Shown one piece after another: positions 12,731-23,749 of a stretch of DNA of 64,000 nucleotides. How positions within the stretch are numbered: position 1 is the stretch's first letter; the number at the start of each line of letters is the position of its first letter. The notes beneath the pieces are model-generated. The model ran no database searches, was not told the DNA's origin, and worked only from the letters and a program-made list of their open reading frames with translations. The stretch covers positions 13,392,001 through 13,456,000 of the forward strand of contig NC_087257.1 in assembly GCF_037042905.1 (NCBI RefSeq), read 5' to 3'. A program made the translations under genes and the position numbers. The stretch comes from Lytechinus pictus. Lineage: Eukaryota.

Positions 12731-14655
12731 CACCGATATTCCATTGTATGGGAAGCCCAGCCCTCTGGATGCAGAGTCGAAATAGTATCAGGAGACATTG
12801 AACATGTTCTGGGTGTCCTCAAGAGAGATGAGATCCTAAAATGCCAGTTAGATTAGAAAATAAATCAAAACTATATCTAAAGATCCACAACACCTTTTTC
12901 AAGTTTCATTTTCCCAAACGGTGTCCAATATTCTGATTTATATTATATGATATTATATCTTTAATCTCATACGTTATAAAGTTGTTTCGACTGCTCCCTG
13001 TTTATTCCAGCTCAATTATTTTAATTAAGTATTAATTAAGTTAAACATAAATTGGTTCATTTTTGTGCAACCAACCTGTTTTATACTATCATGTTATTCC
13101 ATTTTGTTACTCTTGTATGTAATGATTTTTGTTCTCCCAATCAGGTGTGGGAGGGAAGGCCTGTGTGCCATGGCCGTTAAATTGGCCTTTTCCCTACCCA
13201 GGCTACCTGGTTTTGTGAGCAAGGGTCTAAAAAAATTGTATTTTTTTTTTTACTATTTTCATTCTTGCATTGTACATGCTGTCCTGTTTTTCATTTCTGA
13301 AAGTGCCATTGGTCAAACGATGTCACATGATTAGAGGATAATGGAAGCACAAAAATGTTTGGCAACTCCCCCCCCCTTGGGCGACAGGGGACGGGTACCA
13401 TCTTTTTTTTTCAAAAAAAGGGTGTTTTTACCCGTTTTTTTTTTTTTTGCTAGGGGAGGGGGCCCGGGCCCCCCCCCCCTCCCTGGATCCGCCACTGACA
13501 TATTGATACGCCGGCCATTTGTAGACATCACATGTGACAATTAATTTGGCGTCGTGCTTATGAACAAAATTAGATAAAGTTTTACAAAAAGAAGCGATTA
13601 TAGGTTACAATTTAACAGCAAAGTCACTTGCTTCTTTTTGTTAAAGTATTTGGCAAAAAGAGGAGTATGTGATAATTTGATTTTTTATGTCAATTAATTG
13701 CTTTCGTAAAATTATCTCCTCAAATATAACATTTGAACAAATTAAGGGAAGCATGTTTGTGTCACGGTAATTGCATTATATGTAGCAGTTGAAGTTAATA
13801 GTCGTAGAGAATTGTTTATATATTATATGTTACTGTAATTTTAGAATATGTATTTAGTTTCCGAATTTTGTTAAAAGTACAATTAAGAGAGATATTAAAT
13901 TAAGCCCACATGTTCCATGTATGTTGAAATAAAAAGTGACTTCAAGGTTCAAGCCAAATATTCCATTGTTAGTAGTTCGTGTTTGTGAATGTCTAATCGA
14001 GTAACTTAGCTGGACATGCTAAAAAATGGCCCTTTAGCAGAACTATTTTTGTATACCACCATATATCCATAACACCGCAATGATTTCGGCTGTTTTTATG
14101 GTTTATTTTATTAGCTAACCATAATTTATAATTAGCAATTTAGCTGCAAAATGTCAGTTACCTCTTTAGATATATAGATGTTTTACTTTTAGGCCCCAAA
14201 CTTTGTCCAGCTGTTAGTTTTCATCACCAGCTGATGGCATATAAATACTACGTTAATTAGCGGACTCTATGGTACTTTGAAAACTCGATGCTGGGGCGAT
14301 CGAACCTTGTATTTCAAAGAAGTTAAAATGTTCAGGAGAGTGAAAATTATGGCTACCATAGCACTAAAAGAAATGAGACTGCTTTCTCTTTGACATGCTG
14401 TAGCGGCTTCATTTTGAGGAATAGAGAGCTAGGATTTGGACAGGACATCACTTGACCGATATTTGCTAGAGATAAGTTCAAAAACGGTAATTTTCACCAA
14501 AATTTGAGATACAAGTTGATATCACCCCAGCGACGATGTCTTCTTCCGCTTTCTATCCCTTAATTCTCTACTTTTTCAGTTTCCATTTCCCTTCCTTTTT
14601 CTTCTTTCCTTTCCTTCTTTCACTTCTTCCTCCTTTCATTTCCTACTTTTCCTTC

Positions 14656-14817
14656 TGTAGTATTTAGGAACTCAGAGACATAAAACTAGATATAATGAAT
14701 TTAGAAGTTGAGATGATTTAATCTATTCCAAGATGTCCGATCATATTCAGATCATGTGTACATAAAGGGGATTGAGCCCTCGACGTTGACTGTTAGCACA
14801 GTCTTACAAACACAACA
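14656..14817 (-). repeat. Gypsy 3' LTR
   Basis: Direct repeat of 19003-19164; preceded on the minus strand by a polypurine tract. Confidence 0.95.
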
Positions 14818-15027
14818 TATTTCCCTCCTTTAAAGAGATGAATAATGTTATATAACTAAGTCCAGATATGAGTTCAAAAGTTTATGAGTCTAGAAAATAA
14901 AACTTGTTTATTAACAACAAGCCTGAAATTTTATTAACCTATATTGAGCAATTGTTTCATATGAGTCCAGAACTTAAACGTTCCAGTTTTTTAATTTCTA
15001 TGCTCAATACTTGTCGGCTCTAAGGAT

Positions 15028-18000
15028 TTAAGATCTGTAATCTCGTAGATATCCAGGTCGTCTCCTTAGACGCTGAGAACGACGAACAGTTCGCGGTTCT
15101 GCTCGCTGTTGCTCTTGATCTTCAGTGCTTGTAGGGAATGGAAAGGTGTCTTCCCAATCGCTTTCATTCATGTTGCCTGGCTTGCTCGCGATAAGGCGTC
15201 TGGTGTTCCATCGCGTTCCGTCATCTAGTACAAATGCATTCGAGCCGAGCTTCTTCACGATCTGTTTGGGTTTCGATACCCCCGAAGCTAGCTTGTGCTT
15301 GCGATTTGGACGCTGTACACGAACCCAGTCACCGATAGCGAATTTCGGTGTGATTGCTCGTCTGCGTTTGGCAGTGTACGCTTTCATGCTTTGCTGTTTC
15401 CTCTCAATCTCTCTCGCTTCAGCCTGTGTGCTTGCAGGCTCTGAAACCGGTTCTTTCAGGATGTTGAATGGCATACGGAGGTTCCGTCCCAACATCAACT
15501 CTGCTGGAGTATTTCCGGTTAGCGAGTGAGGTGTTGAGCGATACGTGCGTAGTAGGGTCTGGATGGCCTTATCGAAGGTCATTCCATCTGCGAGATTCGC
15601 TTTCAAGCTCTCCTTGATTACCCGGTTGAAACGCTCTACGCCGCCATTGCTTTGAGGGTTGTAGCGAGTTGTGAGGCGATGTTGAATTCCTTTAACGGCT
15701 AGGAATTCTTCGAACTGTTCAGACGTGAACTGTGGTCCATTGTCCGTGGTGATAGATTCTGGAAGACCCCACTTGGTAAACATCTTCTCCAAGATGCTAA
15801 TGACTGATGTCGTAGTGACTGAGCTTGTTGCTGCTATCTCAGGCCACTTGCTATGGAGGTTGTGTACAACTAACAAAAATCGCTGACTTTGAGGAGCGGC
15901 TTGGACTTCCCCAAAGATGTCGACTTGAAGTTGCTGCCATGGCTTCTTCGGCCATGGGGTCGGCTGCAGTGGTGCTGGCCGCGGTTGAGTTTTCTCGCTG
16001 AGAGTACACGCTTCACAAGATCTGACGAGATCTTCTACGCGTCGATCGATCGCTGGCCACCAGATTGCTTCGCGACATCGTTGCTTCATCTTCACCACAC
16101 CTGGATGACTTTCATGTGCGGTTTGTAACACACGATGTTGAAGCGATTTCGGGATTACCGCTCGGGTGCCACGGACGATACACGTGTCGTCGAAGATAGC
16201 TAGCTCATTGCGAACACAATGATATGGAACGAGGTCTTCGGAAATCTCTCTAGGCCATGCTGTTTGGAGATAATGACAGACCTTCTGTAGAGTTGCATCT
16301 GCGGCTGACTCTGTTTTCAGCTGCTCACGCGTCACAAGCTTTGCGGTCACGTGAGAGATCACCATAAGAACGTAGTCTTCGATGTCGCTTCTTGCATGGC
16401 TATCGCGATCGCGTTCGGTGTACGGCTAAGCATATCTGCTACTCGGTTGCGTGAACCCGCGAGATATTCGACCTTGAAATCATATTGGTGCAGTCGATCT
16501 GACCATCTGTAGATGCGGAGTGGGCGGTGTCCAGATCCTGAAGTGCTCAACAAGGTTGTTAAGGCTTGATGGTCAGTACGAAGTGTGAACTTGCGACCGT
16601 AGAGGTACATATGCCAGTGTTCGCAGGCATAGATGCATGCGAGAGCTTAGCGTTCTCCTGTAGAATACTTTCGCTCTGTGTCCGACAACGCTCGAGATGC
16701 GAATGCGACCGGACGTACACTGCCGTCGATCGTTTGCGATAACACTGCTCCGATAGCGAACGCTGACGCGTCTGTAGTCACGTACGTTTCAGCGCTTGGA
16801 GTGAAGTGAGCGAGAACTGGTGGCTCTGCGATTCTTCCCTTGAGAGTGTTGAATGCGGTCTCTTGTGCGTTGTGCCATTCCCAAAGCGCGTCCTTCCGGA
16901 GAAGCTTCTGCAGAGGTTCTGAGATTTCTGCGTATTGTGGCACGAATTTGCGGTAGAAGTTCGTTGTTCCCAAGAATGAGGCTAGCTCCTTCACATTCGT
17001 TGGGGCTGGGAGTGTTCGGATAGCTGCAACGTTGTCGAGTGTAGGCGTCAGACCACTTGCAGTGACATGATATCCCAGAAAATCAATGTCCGAAGCAGCG
17101 AACGTGCACTTGGCCTCGTTGAGCGTCAAGTTATGCTTGGCGAGGCGCGTCATGACTTCTGCTAATCGTTGATTGTGCTGAGCCTTGTCCTCTCCGAAGA
17201 CTACCACATCATCAAGGAGATTCAACGTGCCCTCGATTCCAGCTAGAACTGAAGAAACGATTTTCTGGAATGCGCTAGGTGCTGAATTCAGTCCATAGGG
17301 CATACGGCGATACTGAAACATGCCTATGTGTGTGTTGAATGCAGTGAGATGGCGGCTCTGCTCTGCTAGCGGAACCTGGAGATAGCTACGTCTCATGTCT
17401 AGTTTAGAGAAAACTTTAGCTCCGTGGAATGAAGCTGAAAGTTCATTCATAGTAGGAAGTGGATACTTATCCGGAATGATTGCCTTGTTGACTGCCCTCA
17501 AATCTACACAAAGTCTAAGATCTCCATTCTTACGGCGTGCGATGACCAGATTAGACACCCACGGGGATGAATCGATGCGCTCGATGATGCCATCGGATTC
17601 AAGCCTATGAAGTTCCTTTGAGACTTCATCCCTGACAGCTAACGGAAGTCGACGGAGACTCTGTGCAGTAGGTGGGACTGAGGAATCCACCCTTGGTGCA
17701 TGACAATATCCTTTGCATTTACCAAACTCGTTGAAAAGTGCAGCATAGCGTTCTCTATACGCATTGTCTATGAGCCGAATGCGTTCACCAGTGTGGTCGT
17801 TCATCTGAAATCCTAGGGCGTCGAACAGATTGACTCCCATAAGGCTCCCGCCCTTCGCTATGTAGAACGTAAAGCTGTCGAGATGTACATCCTTGTACCC
17901 GACAGGAAGCTCAACCGTGCCCAGAACGGAAATCAGTGTAGGTGGTTCACCATATGCTATGAGCTTGCTCGATGTCGATGACAGGCTACAATGTGAGAAA

Positions 18001-18989
18001 TGTCGATGATACAGTTTATCACTAAAAATTGACACTTTGGCCCCCACATCAATCATCAAAGAGAGGTTAGTACCAGCAATCTGCACTTCACATTCTTTGA
18101 ACTGACCTGAATTTGCTGAAGAAATCCGGTCTGAGAGTGTGAACACGCTGCTTGCTATGTCGCCCTCTATTGGTTCATCAACGTGTCGAACTGAAGATGC
18201 ACTTTTCTTGGTAGATCTGCATACGCTAGAGAAATGGTTCATCTTCGAGCACGAATTACAACGTTTTCCAAACGCTGGACACGCTTTCGGAGGGTGTGTC
18301 CGTCCGCAGTTCGAACACGACTTCAAGTTAGCATGGTTAGAGCGGGCTTTGTTATGATATGGTCGTTTGATGTTCTGTACTGGAGTTGCCTGATGTGCAG
18401 TACGACTATGTCCTGTACTGGCACTCACAGTCACATCGTGTTGTTTGAGGAGCTTGGCGTCCAGCATTGCGGCTTCGATCTGGATCGCTAGATCGAGCGC
18501 CTTCTTAAGTGTCAGACCGTCATCCTCCATTAACAGACGTTCTCTAATACGGGGAATAGACGTCTTTTCGATTAGTTGATCTCTAACCAGTTCATCGTTT
18601 AAGGTGCCAAACTTGCACTTGGATGCCAGTTCGGTTATGGCTGCCACATATTGTTTTACTGGCTCCCCATGACCTTGTACTCTCTGTCGGAAACGATATC
18701 GTTCAATCATCACACTTGTTTTTGGCCCAAAATATTTCTCAAGTTCATCAACAGCTTTATCGTACGTACCGGTAGTAGACACTTCCAGCTGTCCGAAGAT
18801 CCGCTGCCCCTCTGCGCCCAAACAGTGGATCAGGATTGCGCGGCGGCGGAGGTCGGGTATCTCCGCTGTGTCCAACCCGCTTGCAGTCAAATACGTTTTG
18901 AAGCTCAAAATCCATCGTGACCAAGGCACAGGAGGTTCTCCTGGGGTTGCTAGGAATGGGTTAGGTGCTACAAGACCTATTCCAGCCAT
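15028..18989 (-). pseudogene. Gypsy gag-pol polyprotein (2 CCHC knuckles, protease, RT, RNase H, integrase), interrupted
   Basis: CSNCGRTH...C and CNSCSKMNH...C; IDVGA; LLDD; TDAS; HPG...C..C; TDNGPQF; NGGVER. In-frame TAA at 16647-16649 (ER*AL) and a frameshift near 16365-16400. Confidence 0.92.
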
Positions 18990-19000
18990 TCTCGTCGCCA
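18986..19000 (-). promoter_or_regulatory. Gypsy primer-binding site, complementary to the tRNA-Ser(GCU) 3' end
   Basis: TGGCGACGAGAATGG lies 2 nt after the 5' LTR and overlaps the gag ATG; the tRNA assignment is from recalled sequence. Confidence 0.75.
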
Positions 19001-19002
19001 GA

Positions 19003-19164
19003 TGTAGTATTTAGGAACTCAGAGACATAAAACTAGATACAATGAATTTAGAAGTTGAGATGATTTAATCTATTCCAAGATGTCCGATCATATTCAGATC
19101 ATGTGTACATAAAGGGGATTGAGCCCTCGACGTTGACTGTTAGCACAGTCTTACAAACACAACA
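19003..19164 (-). repeat. Gypsy 5' LTR
   Basis: Direct repeat of 14656-14817; followed by the PBS. Confidence 0.95.
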
Positions 19165-21164
19165 CCTTCTCTTCCTAATTCTTTCTTTTTTCGTATTTTC
19201 TTATTCTCTTCCATCTTTCCTTTACTCCTTTTCCTTTTTTTCTCATCTCATTCAATATTCAATGTCGCCACATCATCACATACAAAATAAATTGGCATAT
19301 TCAGCAGAACTCACAAACATCACTGCAGTTTAAAACCCAAAGTTTTGACATGGGAGTATATATAGTGACATACATTATTGGGTTAAGGGAAACTTAATCC
19401 TTGGACAGAATTGAAAGTGAAAGAAACAGATTTCCAGTATTAAGCTTTTATTCAACTTAAATAAAACAAACTGGATTAAAGAACACAGATTTTTTTTCTG
19501 ATCTAACAACCTTCACAAAAGAATTCTTAGTACACATTATTACAACACATGAAAACTCACACTGTATGCATATTCATTGTAAGAGTTGTGGTCATGTGAC
19601 TGTGCATGATGCCATAGTTAAGCAACTATCCAAATGTTTTGTCATATATAGAGTGAACTTCCTAACTTTCAATTGGAGAAATGTTGCTTACTGTTATGAG
19701 TGTGTAGAAACACACTATCCTTCATAATAAACATTGAACATAAAGATAACATGGAAGAAGACTAAGATGAGGAGATAGAAAATGATGCAGAAAGAGAAAA
19801 GAAGTTTGAAAAGTTGTTGCACTGCTTGATCGAGAGAGAGAGAGATAGAGAGAGAGGGAGAGAGGGAGAGAGAGAATGATGCCTGTACAAGTACTATATA
19901 TATATAAATGCAGGAATGCCTGGAATGCTCAGCGGGCACATATGCCAAGTGGTGACCATGTCAACCATTGTTAAACTAGGAAACATGGTTAACAACCTAG
20001 CTGGCACGAGCCTGTCGAGCATCCGAAGCCTGCCCGCATGTATGTTACAGATATTAAAACATAATGTAAAAGAAAAACCTAAAAATACTACATTAATATA
20101 TATAGCCACTGAAGGTACTGAGCTATGATACAGGATAACAAAGCTAAGGAGGGAAATTAAGCAGTTACCCTTAATTATTTAGATAAATATTACTCCTACA
20201 ATGAAATTCCCTCTGAGATTGGTAGAAATAACTTTCAATCTAGACTTGCAAGGCTTTCAGTTACTAACCAATACTCCTAGACAGGTTTTGTCATTTATTA
20301 GGAACAGTTTTACAGGTTTTACAGACAAACTCATGTTCATACCAACTACAGGAAATAATAACTAAAGCAGGGACATCTTTCATAACACTTTCTGTTATCT
20401 CAGTTGAGCGATAAGTCTGTGACATCTTTTTGGGAAGCATCTAGAGAAAGGCCTTATTCATATGTAAGAGTTAATATATCACAATTGCTCCATGCACTAA
20501 TTGCATAATACATAACCTATTTTCACTTTACACATCCCCCCCAAACAAAAATAGAAATAAGTCATGGACTTAATTGTTAACAACTTGAGATAAGAAGGTG
20601 TCATGAGAGCTAGTCCAGGTGCTCTTTTTGGAAGAAAGCAAAAACTCTCAAATGAATGAAACCTTCCTCTCCTTGAAAAAAAAAAAGCATCAGGAGCTGG
20701 AATGAAAATACAACAAAAATTCTCACACAGGGGCATAAATCAGCAAGATTTTCTATTAATCAGGGAAGATGAATAAATACGCCATCATCCCCCTGAACAA
20801 ATGAAAACGCTCGCAGATTTATGCCAGTGCTCACACATACATATGTGATTTTCACGATGTGATAAATATGCAATTTAGGCAACGTTTTTGTAGTAATGAG
20901 CAGACACCAAAGTTCTAACTTTTATGGTGGTGGACTAGAAAAATTCACAAAAATAAAACCATACAATGTGCTACAAAATAGAATTTGACAGAGCTTTTAT
21001 TGCTACCAAACAATATAGTACAGCAATCATTTATCATCAACAAATTAAATGAAATCGAACGATAGTATTCCAACAAAATTTAAATAGCTTTAAATATATT
21101 TGGCTTGTAGTTCTTAATAAGAAATATATTTGAAATATATATGTTTAAAATATAATTCAAAGAA

Positions 21165-21540
21165 AATAGAAGAAAAAAATAGGGAAAAAATATATTTTTT
21201 CCTATTTTTCTTGTCCAAAAAAAAAAATATTTCAAATAGCATAGATTTGGAACAAAAAAAATAGGAAAAAATATATTTCAAAACTATTTGTGGCTTTATT
21301 TTTTTCCTATTTTTGTTCCAAAACTATGCCATTTAAAATATATATTTTTGGGGGGACAAGAAAAATAGGAAAAAATATATTTCAAAACTATTTATGGCTT
21401 TATTTTTTTCCTATTTTTTGTTCCAAAACTATGCTATTTGAAATAGATTTTTTTGGGACGAGAAAAATAGGAAAAAAATATATTTTTGCATTTATTTTTT
21501 CCCTATTTTTTTTCTATTTTTTTCCTATTTATTTTTTACT
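21165..21540. repeat. AT-rich inverted/tandem repeat block (AAAAATAGGAAAAAATATATTT motif in both orientations), probable MITE remnant
   Basis: Motif and its reverse complement alternate through the block. Confidence 0.6.
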
Positions 21541-21944
21541 AGGGTAGGTTCATACTGAGATCTGTATCTTCTCCTCCACCTATACATCCCTGGAGCAAGA
21601 CCTGGATCTCGAGCCCCAATCCCTCCTGGAGTTCGATCGAGACACTGATATGGACCAACTTTGTATCATATGTTTGGTCAAAATCCGCTGAAGGACATTG
21701 CAATGTACATGAGACTGTACGTGTTAACAATATTTCCCAAGTCTAAATTTCACCCTGACCTTTAACCTTGAACTCTGACCTTGAATTTTTGTATTGAGTT
21801 TTGAGACATTGATATGGTGTAACTATATGTACCAAGTTTGGTCAAAATCCGTAGGACATGAGGTCTATCGACTGTTCACTAGATTTGTTATGGACAGATC
21901 AGGACGGAAGGGACCTGCCGTGTGACTGTTGCATATATACTAAC

Positions 21945-22007
21945 CCTTCTTGCTGGTTCCTTCACCACCAGACTTGTGCTCATCGGTGGGTGCCCCACCA
22001 ACACCTC
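21945..22007 (-). CDS. Probable SET-YR exon 6 (GVGGAPTDEHKSGGEGTSKK)
   Basis: tattcag|...|gttagt boundaries; 63 nt; phase 1/1, compatible with exon 5. Confidence 0.55.
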
Positions 22008-22244
22008 CTGAATAATTCAAATATAATATAATATGCTGTGTAACAACTTGTGCCAGTATATTAAAAAAAAAACCAGAGTTAATCTGAGTATATACTGCAA
22101 TCATACAGATATAGTAGGGGAAATAAAGAATCAATTTTAAAATAAAAATTCAATCCTTAATTGGAACTCCACAGATAATCATATAAGCATATGTTGCACA
22201 TTGTGAGAGAATTTTCAACCTAGAAATATAGATATCTTAATGTA

Positions 22245-23587
22245 AACAAGTCAAAGCAAAGCGTAGCATTCCCTCGCAAGGTACAAATATGGCCTATAAG
22301 TTAGCTTCATTAGACTATATACTATTATATTACTATATAGGCAAGGAAGTTATATATATAACCACATTTTCACATATAATTAGGTGTTTTTGCATATTCA
22401 ATGAGCCATGACCTTTCACCTTTGACCTACATACTCAGAAATCAAACTTAGGCTGTATTTTGATACCATGTACCTTCATATTAAATTTCATTAAAATTCG
22501 TCAAACATTACTAAGGTTATCGAATGGAAACCAGATTCGCATACCGGTATTTAATGAGCATCAAGAAATAAGTGAGATTTATTCATGATATTTTGTTTGA
22601 TTAAAAACCATCTTAATAGGCTTTTCCCATGAAGTTGGCGGCATCGAAGATCAGCATGAAAGACAGCAAAGCATCTGGGGAGCGTTTCATCAATATTTTC
22701 ATCTGACAAGTTGTCAGATCTGACATCTTTCTCTGATGTTGATTGGCTGAGAGGTACTGTTACTATGGTAACTGTCGGATAAAATGGGACTTGTCGGATA
22801 AAACGTCCGACAAGTCCTTTCATGAAACGCCCCCCTGGAAAACCACATTTTCACATATCTAATTAGGTATTTTCGCATATGTAATGAGCTATGACCTTTC
22901 ACCTACATGTACATACTCGAACTTAGGCTGTGTTTTGATACCATATACCTTCATATAAAATTTGATTAAAATCCGTCAAACATTATTGAAGTTATATCGA
23001 TCGGAAACCAGATACGCATATTTAATGAGCTATGACCTTTGACCTACATACTCTTAAATCAAACTTGGGCTGTATTTTGATACCATATGTACCTGCATAT
23101 CAAATTTTATTAAAATCCGTCAAACATTACTAAAGTTATGTTTATAAATAATTGAAATTTCTCCCAGGATGCGTTACGTACATAAAAAATTACTAAAGTT
23201 ATTGAACGGAAACCAGATTTGCATATTTAATTAGCTATGATCTTTGTCCTACTGTACATACTCCGAAATCGAACTTAATTATTAGGCTGTGTTTTGATAC
23301 CATGTACTTTAATTCATATCAAATTTCTTTAAAATCTGTCAAACATTACTACAGTTATAATTATCGAACGAAAACCAGATTCACATATTTAATTAGCTAT
23401 AATCTTTGACCTACATACTCAGAAATTGAACTTACGCTGTGTTTTGACCATGTACCTTCATATCAAATTTCATTAAAATCCTTCAAACATTACTAAATTT
23501 ATCGATCGGAAACCAGATTTGTTACGGTAGAACGGACGGCAGCGTTACTAATATCCCCTCCGACTTCATTGGCGAGGGGATATCAAA
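22245..23587. mobile_element. Helentron/DINE-1-like non-autonomous element with an internal ~155-bp tandem array
   Basis: Starts AACAAG; subterminal ATTCCCTCGC; ~5-6 copies of the GCATATTTAATGAGCTATGACCTTTGACCTACATACTC... unit; ends in hairpin ATATCCCCTCCG...GGCGAGGGGATAT followed by A-rich sequence. Confidence 0.7.
22678..22834. mobile_element. PIF/Harbinger-like MITE
   Basis: TIR GGGAGCGTTTCAT / ATGAAACGCCCCC; 3-bp CTG duplication. Confidence 0.65.
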
Positions 23588-23749
23588 CAATTTTATACAA
23601 TATTTTGAGTAAAAAAAAAAAAGTGCTCACTACATTTTTACCATTTCATTCATTATTTGAAAGTTGAATGTTCTGCCTTTTGACATGCAACAGAGTTACG
23701 CATTAATGCAAACAACAACAATAATGCAAACTAGAATATAGGAACTTAC

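Larger units (their letters stand above)
14656..19164 (-). mobile_element. Full-length Ty3/Gypsy LTR retrotransposon, Mag-like
   Basis: 162-bp LTRs (14656-14817, 19003-19164; TG...CA; 1 mismatch seen), 5-bp TSD CCTTC, PBS TGGCGACGAG, PPT AAAGGAGGGAAATA, gag-PR-RT-RH-IN order. Confidence 0.95.

Noticed and set aside
22551-22902. ORFs 22551..22823 and 22714..22902 as further exons
   Set aside because: They overlap a TIR-bounded MITE and tandem units.
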